Positions 1 to 7,949 of a stretch of DNA of 64,000 nucleotides are shown in pieces (the stretch's first letter is position 1; each line of letters starts with the position of its first letter). The translations under genes and the position numbers were made by a program. The stretch is from an uncultured Bacillales bacterium (GTDB taxonomy: Bacteria > Bacillota_I > Bacilli_A > RF39 > UBA660), in contig CABSFU010000001.1 of assembly GCA_902477075.1 (NCBI GenBank), positions 15,881-79,880 on the forward strand, read 5' to 3'. The notes beneath the pieces were generated by a model. It made no database searches. It was not told where the DNA came from and was given only the letters and a program-made list of their open reading frames with translations.

Positions 1-786
1 CACCGTACTTCCATCTATTTTTGTTTCTCTTACAATTGAATTTGAATCAGCAAATATATGTCTACCTGTAGATTCGACAGAAATACAGCCTGGTATAACT
101 CCTTGAATATAAGTTCTTAATACTTCACAGAAATTAAGTAAAAAATCTAAGTCAGCTTTATAATCAGTTAATGCTGCATATCTACTCTCAGGATATGCAC
201 CACTATTATCATTTACTCTATTCGTAGCATGTTCTATAATATTTTGTTTCGATTCAATAGCTTTTCTATCTAAATCATCTGTATCTCCGTTTATCCAACT
301 ATTTAGTAAATCATTCATATATTTATCCTTTAATTGCTTTAAATTTCTATCACCAACAATACTATTTCCTAACTCAAATAAAATTTTCTTTTTTAAATTT
401 TCATCCAAATCAGTACTTTCTGAAGTTAAAAGTTTGGAAAAATAATGACTATATTTTTTTGCAATCCCTTTATTTGATCTATTGTTAAATATCTTATCTA
501 ATTCTTCTTCGCTTTCATTTGCTGTATCATCAAAATGCATATTTGGAATAATCAAAGCTTTTAAGTATAATTCACATATATAAGATAATCTCTCCCCAAA
601 ACTATTTATAAAACTTATTTTTTCATCTTCACACATATCTTCATCAAATAGTAAATCTGAGTTAAATCTAATCTCTCCATTTACAAGTTCTGTTGGAATA
701 AACACATTATTATTAAATATCTCTAATCTTCTACAATCAGCTGTATTTATTAAACCTTTAATTTTAATTATTTTATTTTGATTCAT
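1..786 (-). CDS. hypothetical protein, N-terminal 262 codons only; the C-terminus lies beyond the window edge
   Basis: Absent from the ORF track because it has no stop in the window. The reverse strand reads ATG at 786 (MNQNKIIKIKGLINTADCRRLEIF...GRHIFADSNSIVRETKIDGSTV) and stays open to base 1. AGGAAG lies about 10 nt upstream and the gene has its own extended -10. No family recognised by eye. Confidence 0.6.
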   Translation of the reverse strand, partial: MNQNKIIKIKGLINTADCRRLEIFNNNVFIPTELVNGEIRFNSDLLFDEDMCEDEKISFINSFGERLSYICELYLKALIIPNMHFDDTANESEEELDKIFNNRSNKGIAKKYSHYFSKLLTSESTDLDENLKKKILFELGNSIVGDRNLKQLKDKYMNDLLNSWINGDTDDLDRKAIESKQNIIEHATNRVNDNSGAYPESRYAALTDYKADLDFLLNFCEVLRTYIQGVIPGCISVESTGRHIFADSNSIVRETKIDGSTV

Positions 787-807
787 ATTTTTATCACTTC
801 CTTTTTA

Positions 808-816
808 ATTATACCA
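808..816 (-). promoter_or_regulatory. extended -10 promoter element (TGGTATAAT) for the edge-truncated gene
   Basis: The reverse strand reads TGgTATAAT about 20 nt upstream of the RBS and ATG at 786. No good -35 is present, which is tolerated with an extended -10. Confidence 0.5.
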
Positions 817-850
817 TATGACTTGATTTTAATGTTGATTTAGGCAAAAT

Positions 851-872
851 AACTTATCTAAAACTTATCTAA
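851..872. repeat. perfect 11-bp tandem direct repeat (AACTTATCTAA x2)
   Basis: 851-861 and 862-872 are identical. The repeat sits about 35-60 nt upstream of the putative -10 at 808-813, between the secA terminator and the unknown gene. Confidence 0.8.
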
Positions 873-910
873 GCGCCTTTTTTGATGCAAAATTACCTAA
901 AAATTGTAAG

Positions 911-957
911 TAGCAAAAAGCTCGCAAGCCCCTTATTTATAAGGATTTGCGAGCTTA
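911..957 (-). terminator. rho-independent terminator of secA
   Basis: A 10-bp stem AAGCTCGCAA (918-927) / TTGCGAGCTT (947-956) has an inner CCTT/AAGG pairing. On the minus strand it is followed by TTTTT. It overlaps the secA stop codon. Confidence 0.8.
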
Positions 958-3447
958 TTTACCACAACATTGTTTATATTTGCGTCCTGAGCCACAAGGG
1001 CATAAAGAATTTCTACCAATCTTTTCAACTTTTTTTGGAGTAGCTTTTTTTGTTTTATTATTGTCATTTACAGCTTGACCTTTTGCGACTTGCTTTCTTT
1101 CAATATTTTGTCTAATTTCTGATTTAAGCAAGAACATTGTAATATTTTTATCAATTGTATTTAATAATTCATCATACAATTCAAATCCTTCATTTGTATA
1201 AGCTCTTAAAGGATTTTCTTGTGCATAACTTCTAAGGCCAATACCTTCACGTAAATGAGACATTGTATTAATATGATTCATCCAGTGAGTATCAATTACT
1301 CTAAGAGATATTGCTTTTTCAAATTCATTTGCTATTTCTTCTGGAATAGATGATAATTTTTCATTGTATTCATCAATTACTTTATTATATAAGAATTCTT
1401 TTACTTCATCTGTGCTTTTTCCTTGTAATTCTTCTAATTTCAATGAATTTTTTAACAAGTGTTCATTAGTAAATTCTAAAATTTCACTTAAATCATGTTC
1501 TGTTAAATATCCTTCTGGTGCTACATGTTCTTCTACAAAACTATAAATGAAATTTTTCATATTTTCTAGTACTGTTTCATGAATACTTTCACTGTCTAAA
1601 ATTTGATTTCTAATATCGTAAATATATTCTCTTTGAGTATTTATAACATCATCATATTGTAGTAAATTTTTACGAATATCGAAGTTATTTCCTTCTACTC
1701 TTTTTTGGGCAGATTCAATTGATTTTGCTAACATACCATTTCGAATAGAAGCGTCATCAGAGAATCCCACACGTGCTAACATTTCTTTTGCTCTATCTGT
1801 ACCAAATCGAACCATTAAATCATCTTCAAATGATACACAAAATTGACTATATCCAGGATCTCCTTGACGACCAGAACGTCCTCTTAATTGGTTATCAATA
1901 CGTCTTGATTCATGACGTTCTGTCCCAATAACACATAATCCACCTAATTCTTTTATTTCATCGGTTAATTTAATATCTGTTCCACGTCCTGCCATATTAG
2001 TGGCGATTGTAACAGCACCCTTTTCACCTGCTTTTGCAATAATTTCTGCTTCACGAGCATTATTTTTGGCATTTAAAACTTCATGAGGAATATGTTCTTT
2101 CTTCAACATAGAACTAATAAGTTCACTGGTTTCAACAGCGATAGTACCGACAAGTACTGGTTGACCAATTGCATGTTTTTCTTTGATCTCCTCAACAATT
2201 GCTTTATATTTTCCAGCTTTTGTAGCAAAAATTAAATCGCCATAATCTTTTCTAATAACTGGTTTATTGGTAGGAATCTCAATAACATACATATTATAAA
2301 TTTCCCTAAATTCTTCTTCTTCTGTTTTAGCAGTTCCTGTCATACCAGCTAGTTTATTATACATTCTAAATAAATTTTGGAATGTGATAGTTGCTAAAGT
2401 TTTTGTTTCTTTTTGTATTTCTACATTTTCTTTTGCTTCTATCGCTTGATGTAAACCTTCTGAGTAACTTCTTCCTGCCATTAAACGACCTGTAAATGGA
2501 TCTACGATGATAATTTTACCATCTTGTACTACATAATCATAATCTTTTTTCATTGCGTAGTTTGCTTTTAATGCTTGATTAATGTAGTGAACTAAATTTG
2601 TGTTGTTTATATCATATAAATTTTCTACTTTAAAGTATTTTTCACCAGCTTTAATACCTTTGTCATCCAATGTTACAGCTTTGCTTTTTTCATCATAAAT
2701 ATATCCGTCATTTTCTCTTAATGTTTTGGCAAAACGATCTGCTTCAATATATAAATTAGCAGATTCCATATAACCGCCAGAAATAATTAATGGTGTTCTT
2801 GCTTCATCTATTAATACAGAATCGACTTCATCGATAATAACAAAATTTAATCCTCTTTGAACCCTATCACTTGATTTTACAACCATATTATCTCTTAAAT
2901 AGTCAAATCCTAATTCATTGTTGGTTGTATACATGATATCACATTCATATGCTGCCTTTTTTTCACTATGTGTGTTCTCTCTATAATTAATTCCTACTGT
3001 TAAACCTAAGAAACGATAGATTTCTCCCATCCAACCAGCATCTCTTCCTGCTAGATATTCGTTTACCGTTATAATATGAACTCCCTTACCATCTAGGGCA
3101 TTTAAGTAAGCAGGCATTGTTGCTGTTAAAGTTTTACCTTCACCTGTTTTCATTTCTGCTATATTTCCGTAATGGATAGCAAGTCCACCTAAGATTTGAA
3201 CATAATATGGTTTCTCACCAATCACACGATAAGCAGCTTCTCTTGCTACCGCAAATGCTTCTACTTTGATATCTTCTAATGTTTCTCCATTTTTTAATCT
3301 ATCTTGAAATTCTTTTGTTTTCCCTTTTAATTCTTCATCTGTTAGCTTTTCAATTACAGGTTCTTCTTCCATAATTTGATCTGCTATTTTTTTGAATCTT
3401 TCTAATTCTTTATATTCATGATCAAATAATTTTTTTAATAAATTCAT
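955..3447 (-). CDS. secA: preprotein translocase ATPase SecA
   Basis: The translation has the SecA DEAD-motor signature (MKTGEGKTL, DEVDSVLIDEARTPLIISG) and a C-terminal zinc-binding tail, CPCGSGRKYKQCCGK. The likely start is MNLLKKLF at 3447 rather than the ORF-track ATG at 3483. Confidence 0.97.
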   Translation of the reverse strand: MNLLKKLFDHEYKELERFKKIADQIMEEEPVIEKLTDEELKGKTKEFQDRLKNGETLEDIKVEAFAVAREAAYRVIGEKPYYVQILGGLAIHYGNIAEMKTGEGKTLTATMPAYLNALDGKGVHIITVNEYLAGRDAGWMGEIYRFLGLTVGINYRENTHSEKKAAYECDIMYTTNNELGFDYLRDNMVVKSSDRVQRGLNFVIIDEVDSVLIDEARTPLIISGGYMESANLYIEADRFAKTLRENDGYIYDEKSKAVTLDDKGIKAGEKYFKVENLYDINNTNLVHYINQALKANYAMKKDYDYVVQDGKIIIVDPFTGRLMAGRSYSEGLHQAIEAKENVEIQKETKTLATITFQNLFRMYNKLAGMTGTAKTEEEEFREIYNMYVIEIPTNKPVIRKDYGDLIFATKAGKYKAIVEEIKEKHAIGQPVLVGTIAVETSELISSMLKKEHIPHEVLNAKNNAREAEIIAKAGEKGAVTIATNMAGRGTDIKLTDEIKELGGLCVIGTERHESRRIDNQLRGRSGRQGDPGYSQFCVSFEDDLMVRFGTDRAKEMLARVGFSDDASIRNGMLAKSIESAQKRVEGNNFDIRKNLLQYDDVINTQREYIYDIRNQILDSESIHETVLENMKNFIYSFVEEHVAPEGYLTEHDLSEILEFTNEHLLKNSLKLEELQGKSTDEVKEFLYNKVIDEYNEKLSSIPEEIANEFEKAISLRVIDTHWMNHINTMSHLREGIGLRSYAQENPLRAYTNEGFELYDELLNTIDKNITMFLLKSEIRQNIERKQVAKGQAVNDNNKTKKATPKKVEKIGRNSLCPCGSGRKYKQCCGK

Positions 3448-3530
3448 GGTATCAATCCTTTCATACACATTATATTTTATCATAAATTTATATCATTATT
3501 AAAGTATTATTCATTATTTTGTTAAATTAC

Positions 3531-3567
3531 AATAAAAAAGGAATATATCATTCGTTTATATATTCCT
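3531..3567 (-). terminator. orphan terminator-like hairpin between hpf and secA
   Basis: A 10-bp stem AGGAATATAT (3539-3548) / ATATATTCCT (3558-3567) is followed by a T-run on the minus strand. It lies about 160 nt downstream of the hpf terminator and just upstream of a putative secA promoter (TTGTAA-17-TAATAC). Confidence 0.5.
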
Positions 3568-3721
3568 CTATTTCATGAATAAATTCTTGTTTTTTTGATT
3601 TGTTCTTCTTGCTCTAAAATAAGCTATACCCTAAACTAATATGTTTTGTTAGCTTCATATCATTCACATTTTGCTTTTATTATAAATCAATGTATTTATT
3701 CTTTTTTGGAAGAACTTTTTT

Positions 3722-3751
3722 AATATATAAAAAAGGAACAAAGTTCCTTTA
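3722..3751 (-). terminator. rho-independent terminator of hpf
   Basis: An 8-bp stem AAAGGAAC / GTTCCTTT with a 3-nt loop overlaps the hpf stop codon. It is followed by TTTTTTATA on the minus strand. Confidence 0.75.
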
Positions 3752-4270
3752 TACTATTTCAATTAATCCATAAGAATTATCTTTTCTCTTATAGATAACA
3801 CACGCATTATTTGTTTCTGTATTATTAAAGATAAAGAAATCATGGTCCAATAATTCCATTTGAAGAATGGCTTCTTCTTCACTCATTGGTTTATTATCAA
3901 CTGTTTTTCTTTTTACGATTTTTTGTTCTGGTTCTTCTTCCATTTCAAAATCTAAGAAAACATCCATTGCTTCAACTTTTCTTTTTTTAATTTTTGTTTT
4001 ATTTTTACGAATAGAACGTTCTAATTTATCTGCCACTTTATCAATTGCTGCATATAAATCTTTATTACTTTCTTCTGCTCTTAAAATAGCTTTTTTAATT
4101 GGAATTGTTACCTCGATTATTTGTTCAATTCCTCTAGTTCTTACCACGATGTTTGCTGATAAGTCATCTGGTGCCTCAAAATACTTATCTAGTTTTGCTA
4201 ATTTTTCCTCAATATAGCTCTTAATAGCATCCGTTACAACTAACTTATCACCACGAATAGTTAATTTCAT
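3749..4270 (-). CDS. hpf: ribosome hibernation-promoting factor, long form (HPF/YvyD)
   Basis: MKLTIRGDKLVVTDAIKSYIEEKLAKLDKYF plus a C-terminal dimerisation domain (FIFNNTETNNACVIYKRKDNSYGLIE). GAGGAGG lies 9 nt before the ATG at 4270. Confidence 0.93.
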   Translation of the reverse strand: MKLTIRGDKLVVTDAIKSYIEEKLAKLDKYFEAPDDLSANIVVRTRGIEQIIEVTIPIKKAILRAEESNKDLYAAIDKVADKLERSIRKNKTKIKKRKVEAMDVFLDFEMEEEPEQKIVKRKTVDNKPMSEEEAILQMELLDHDFFIFNNTETNNACVIYKRKDNSYGLIEIV

Positions 4271-4324
4271 TACTATCATCCTCCTCGCAATTATATTGTA
4301 TCACAAAAATAAAACTACTTCAAT

Positions 4325-4537
4325 TTAAATTAAAGTAGTTTCTAGTTCGATTACATTTTTTGCTTGTAATCCTTTATCAGTTTTAACTAAGTCAAATTGA
4401 ATTTTTTGACCTTCAACTAAAGTTTTGTATCCTTCTGTTCTGATAGATGAATAATGTACAAATATGTCTTCTTTATCATTATATTCAATGAATCCAAACC
4501 CTTTTTCGTTGTTAAACCATTTTACCTTACCTATCAC
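4325..4537 (-). CDS. cold-shock protein (CspA family), GTG start
   Basis: [15 protein letters not shown] and FVHYSSI match the RNP1 and RNP2 motifs. The SD GAGGTG lies 5 nt upstream of the GTG. Confidence 0.93.
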   Translation of the reverse strand: MIGKVKWFNNEKGFGFIEYNDKEDIFVHYSSIRTEGYKTLVEGQKIQFDLVKTDKGLQAKNVIELETTLI

Positions 4538-4661
4538 GCTAGCACCTCACTTTCTAAATCACAAATCGATATATCATAACTTGCGCACTTTTATACTATC
4601 ATATTTGTTAACTTAAATTTTTAAAAAGTGATAAACTGTAGGTTTTTGGTTATTTTTGGTA

Positions 4662-5399
4662 TTACATTATTTTTTGATATTCACATAATTTTTCTTTTAA
4701 TTCTTTTTTCTTATCTCTAGCAATTAAATCTGTTTCTTTGTTTTCAAACTTAATTTTATTATTGGTTATATCATAACTTTTAACATTTAATAAATTAATA
4801 ATACAACTTCTATGTACTTTCATAAATCTAGGATCTTCCATTAAAAACTTTGTAATATGATTAATACAACCTTTTATTGTAATACTATCTTCTTTTGTTT
4901 CTATTGTTACATAGTTTTCATTTACATTTTTTTCAATATACAATATGGAATCATATAGTACTTGAAAAATTTCACCTTTTTGCTTAACGCTTATAGTTTT
5001 ATATGAGGAAAGAATACTATAAGCTGTCATTAAAGCAGACTTCAAATTACTTTTAATATTTTGATTTTTTGAAATAAAATCTAACATTAACATTTTACCA
5101 GTTAAATTATCTGACTTAAGTTCTTGGTAAGATGTAATAATAATCAGTGGACTTGTCCAATCTCCTAATTCTCTTATTTTTCTAGCTAAATCTAATCCCG
5201 ATTTTCCAGGAACATCAATATCCAATAAGAATACCTTTTTTCCTTCTATTCTCTTAATTTGTTTTAATGTTGTATTTGTGTATCTATCAAATTCTACGAT
5301 TTTATAATTTTGATCCTTATTACCAAAGAAATTGTGAATTACATCTTTATACATACTCCGGATTTGTTCTGCATCTTCATATAAGATAAAATTTACCAC
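4662..5399 (-). CDS. AgrA-like response regulator, receiver plus LytTR DNA-binding domain (second copy)
   Basis: The receiver reads FLLDIDVPGKSGLDLARKIRE...IIITSYQEL...MLDFISK, and the LytTR domain reads FMKVHRSCIINLLNV. A GTG start lies 4 nt after the stop of the upstream csp, so the two are probably coupled. Confidence 0.85.
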   Translation of the reverse strand: MVNFILYEDAEQIRSMYKDVIHNFFGNKDQNYKIVEFDRYTNTTLKQIKRIEGKKVFLLDIDVPGKSGLDLARKIRELGDWTSPLIIITSYQELKSDNLTGKMLMLDFISKNQNIKSNLKSALMTAYSILSSYKTISVKQKGEIFQVLYDSILYIEKNVNENYVTIETKEDSITIKGCINHITKFLMEDPRFMKVHRSCIINLLNVKSYDITNNKIKFENKETDLIARDKKKELKEKLCEYQKIM

Positions 5400-5403
5400 A
5401 AAA

Positions 5404-5619
5404 TCACTTGCTTTCTATTTTACTTAAACTTTTGACATTTGCCGCTCTTAAGCCTTTGTCTGTTTGACGTAATTCAAAGGATACTTCTTCATCTTGAACT
5501 AAAGTCTTATAATTTGTATCTAAAATACTACTATAGTGAACAAAGACTTCTTTGTTTTCCCATTTTATAAAACCATATCCCTTTTCATTATTAAACCAAA
5601 TGACTTTTCCTTCAAACAT
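5404..5619 (-). CDS. cold-shock protein (CspA family)
   Basis: GKVIWFNNEKGYGFI and FVHYSSI. GGAAGGAGG lies upstream. Confidence 0.93.
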   Translation of the reverse strand: MFEGKVIWFNNEKGYGFIKWENKEVFVHYSSILDTNYKTLVQDEEVSFELRQTDKGLRAANVKSLSKIESK

Positions 5620-5672
5620 ATACTACTACCTCCTTCCGACGAACAAAAATAACATATCATATATAAAACATA

Positions 5673-5701
5673 TATATCTTTCATTTAGCTTGAACAGTCA
5701 A
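5673..5701 (-). promoter_or_regulatory. putative sigma-A promoter of the csp/agrA-like operon (TTGACT-17-GATATA)
   Basis: Reverse strand: TTGACT (5696-5701), a 17-nt spacer, then GATATA (5673-5678). It lies about 55 nt upstream of the csp ATG. Confidence 0.45.
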
Positions 5702-5723
5702 TTTTTGTACATAAACCGTCATT
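5693..5723 (+). promoter_or_regulatory. candidate LytTR/AgrA operator: two 9-10 bp direct repeats with 21-bp periodicity
   Basis: AACAGTCAAT (5693-5702) and AACCGTCATT (5714-5723). Each resembles the AgrA-type half-site [TA][AC][CA]GTTN[AG][TG], at 8/9 and 7/9 matches. They sit in the divergent intergenic region between the csp/agrA-like operon and agrB. Confidence 0.4.
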
Positions 5724-5840
5724 TAGTTAAGTAATCTTATATGGTAATTTTTATTTAAAATAATTTCAAAAACAGATAAAAGTTAAAATTAATTTTTATT
5801 CTTTTTTTGTTGTATTCTTTAATTGTCAAAAGGAGTTTTA

Positions 5841-6449
5841 ATGAAACAGTTATTTTTAAATTATTCTATGGAAAGTATTAAAAAAAATTATCCAAATTAT
5901 GATGATCAAACACTTGAAGAAATTCGATATGGATTAGAGGGAATTTATCTATCATTAACAAAATTAGTTGTGATTTCTATACTATCCATCATTTTGAATA
6001 TTTTTTATGAAATGTTAATTATGTTGATATGTTTTAATATATTACGAACTACAGGTTTTGGATTACATGCTAAAAAAAGTATACAATGTTGGATTTCATC
6101 CACTATTATGTTTATTTTTTTACCACTTATTTCTAAATACTTTGTTATATCCAAAGTAGTACACATTATATTCAGTATTTTATTATTGTTACTTATTCTT
6201 TTATATGCACCAGCTGATACATATAAAAGACCATTAATTAAAAAGAAAAAAAGAGTTATTTATAAAATCATAACTACTATTAATACTTTAATCTTAATTA
6301 TTATTTCGTTTTATACAAAAAGTACTATTACGAATTTGATATTGTTTGGAATTTTAATGGAAGTAATATTAACAAATCCGATTACTTATAAAATATTCCA
6401 TTTACCATATCAAAACTATAAAACTTATGGTTTAAACAGGCATGTTTAA
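5841..6449 (+). CDS. agrB: AgrB-family autoinducing-peptide processing endopeptidase
   Basis: RTTGFGLHAKKSIQCWISS has the same catalytic His-x6-Cys spacing as staphylococcal AgrB (HAPSSFWC). LYAPADTYKRPL matches the AgrB YAPAATKKKPI block. The protein is polytopic membrane. AAAGGAG lies 5 nt before the ATG at 5841; the track's TTG at 5823 is unlikely. Confidence 0.9.
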   Translation: MKQLFLNYSMESIKKNYPNYDDQTLEEIRYGLEGIYLSLTKLVVISILSIILNIFYEMLIMLICFNILRTTGFGLHAKKSIQCWISSTIMFIFLPLISKYFVISKVVHIIFSILLLLLILLYAPADTYKRPLIKKKKRVIYKIITTINTLILIIISFYTKSTITNLILFGILMEVILTNPITYKIFHLPYQNYKTYGLNRHV

Positions 6450-6470
6450 ATATAATTTAGAAGGAGGTAT

Positions 6471-6602
6471 ATGAATATGACTAAATTATTTGCTGCTATT
6501 TTAGGATTAATTGGAGGAATTGGAGCTGTTGCTGGTTCTACTGCTTGTATTTCTTTCTTTATAGACGAACCAGAATGTCCAAAAAGTATGATTGAAAAGT
6601 AA
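6471..6602 (+). CDS. agrD: AgrD-like cyclic autoinducing-peptide precursor (43 aa; alternative start 6477)
   Basis: Too short for the ORF track. AAGGAGG is at 6461-6467. The translation is MNMTKLFAAILGLIGGIGAVAGSTACISFFIDEPECPKSMIEK. It has an amphipathic leader, a Cys-X4 core (CISFF) and an acidic tail with an E-P-x-x-P-K motif, directly downstream of agrB. Confidence 0.85.
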   Translation: MNMTKLFAAILGLIGGIGAVAGSTACISFFIDEPECPKSMIEK

Positions 6603-6615
6603 TGATTAACAGCTA

Positions 6616-6648
6616 AAAATGATATGAGCTTCATATCATTTTCTTTTT
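6616..6648. terminator. bidirectional terminator between convergent agrBD and agrCA-like operons
   Basis: A perfect 12-bp stem AAAATGATATGA / TCATATCATTTT has a 3-nt loop. A T-run follows on the plus strand and an A-run precedes it. It overlaps the kinase stop codon. Confidence 0.75.
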
Positions 6649-7949
6649 GGTTTAATAATCAACTTCTGAACATAATATTGGTCTACAATCACTCTTTCAT
6701 CTGTTAATTCCTCATGTTTTGATAATAAATCTTTAACCAATGGTAATCCATATCCTCTATTTTTGCCTTTACTACTATACCCTTCATTATCTAGCTTACT
6801 TTCTTCGATTTTTCCTTTAAAGGTATTGCCTAGACAAAAAACTATATTTTTATTCTCTAAATAAAATTGAATTTCTATAGTTTTTTCTTCTGATATACTC
6901 GCAGCTTCTATCGCATTATCTAAATATACTCCAATAATCCTACTAATATCTTGAGCATCTTCTTCATAAGTTTTCCACAATGATTTTTTCTTCAAATCTT
7001 CTGATACTTCTAAATATACATTTAACTTTTTATTCATCATTTCATTTAATTTAAAATAAAGTAATCCTTTTAACCCACCATATGGAATATAAGTTAATTT
7101 CGTTAGCCACTTAATATCATTTTTCTTTTCATCACTTTTTAAAATTCTATTAATATACTCTACAGCATTGTCTTCGCCTTCTTCTATCATACTTCGAATC
7201 ATTATTAATTGATTTTCATATTCATGCTGTCTTTTACTTCTCTTTACTAATTCTTGTTCATATGTTTTGGAATATTCATGTAATTGGTCATATTTGGAAA
7301 TCAAGCTATCATTATTAGATTTTTCTACAAAAAATCCAATTATAAAAATATATACACCTATAAAAAATAAATTAATTAATATGACATAAGATAGTGGTCC
7401 TTCATTATAGCCATTATTATAAGCAATAAAAGTTACAATAGATAAACTTAATATTAAAAAGAAAGATAACAAAATTTTTCTATTTTCATTAATATTTGAA
7501 ACGATGTTACCAAATATATCCTTGAATTTTTTCAAATTAGATATAAACAAGGCTATTAACATTATTTGAAAATTGCCAATTAATATTCCTATAATACCAT
7601 TATTAAAAAATTTAATATCAAATCCTCCTACCTGAACAAATAATATTCCAAAAATAACTTCACTGATAGATATCGTAATAAATGCAATAAATAATCCAAT
7701 TAACGTTTTACCCCAAGACTCTTTATAATAAATTTTAAAAACAATTAAATAAATCAAATGAGATATAAATGGTTTCAATGCTGTAGTATTATAATAAAAA
7801 TTTATTGATAAAAATATAGCAAAAAATAAGCTTAAAATGATTAATTTTTTTGTTATATAAAAATCTTTTTTTAAAGCTGTTTTACAAAATAAATAACAAT
7901 TTAACAAAATATAAATAACTCCAACAATATACAAACTAAACATTAACAT
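6636..7949 (-). CDS. AgrC-like (HPK10) membrane sensor histidine kinase
   Basis: The N-terminal roughly 200 aa are polytopic membrane. The H-box RQHEYENQL matches the AgrC type KHDYxN. The GHKL ATPase end reads YLDNAIEA...NRGYGLPLVKDLL. It overlaps the upstream regulator gene by 14 nt. Confidence 0.85.
   Translation of the reverse strand: MLMFSLYIVGVIYILLNCYLFCKTALKKDFYITKKLIILSLFFAIFLSINFYYNTTALKPFISHLIYLIVFKIYYKESWGKTLIGLFIAFITISISEVIFGILFVQVGGFDIKFFNNGIIGILIGNFQIMLIALFISNLKKFKDIFGNIVSNINENRKILLSFFLILSLSIVTFIAYNNGYNEGPLSYVILINLFFIGVYIFIIGFFVEKSNNDSLISKYDQLHEYSKTYEQELVKRSKRQHEYENQLIMIRSMIEEGEDNAVEYINRILKSDEKKNDIKWLTKLTYIPYGGLKGLLYFKLNEMMNKKLNVYLEVSEDLKKKSLWKTYEEDAQDISRIIGVYLDNAIEAASISEEKTIEIQFYLENKNIVFCLGNTFKGKIEESKLDNEGYSSKGKNRGYGLPLVKDLLSKHEELTDERVIVDQYYVQKLIIKPKRK

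Noticed and set aside
3867-4217. 116-aa plus-strand ORF overlapping hpf
   Set aside because: It lies entirely antisense to a confidently identified hpf. Its translation is Ser/Leu/Phe-rich, which is typical of antisense AT-rich coding DNA.
4601-4650. Perfect LytTR half-site ACAGTTTAT (minus strand) upstream of the 4325-4537 csp gene, with a second 8/9 match TAAGTTAAC
   Set aside because: The two sites are 24 bp apart start-to-start, a 15-bp spacer rather than 12-13 bp. The proximal one falls inside the promoter spacer. This is most likely a chance match in AT-rich DNA, so it is mentioned only for completeness.
6446-6634. 62-aa minus-strand ORF from the track, lying between agrB and the kinase
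   Set aside because: It is antisense to the much better supported agrD-like ORF, which has a strong SD, the canonical precursor architecture and the position after agrB. It has no RBS and is interrupted in function by the bidirectional terminator.
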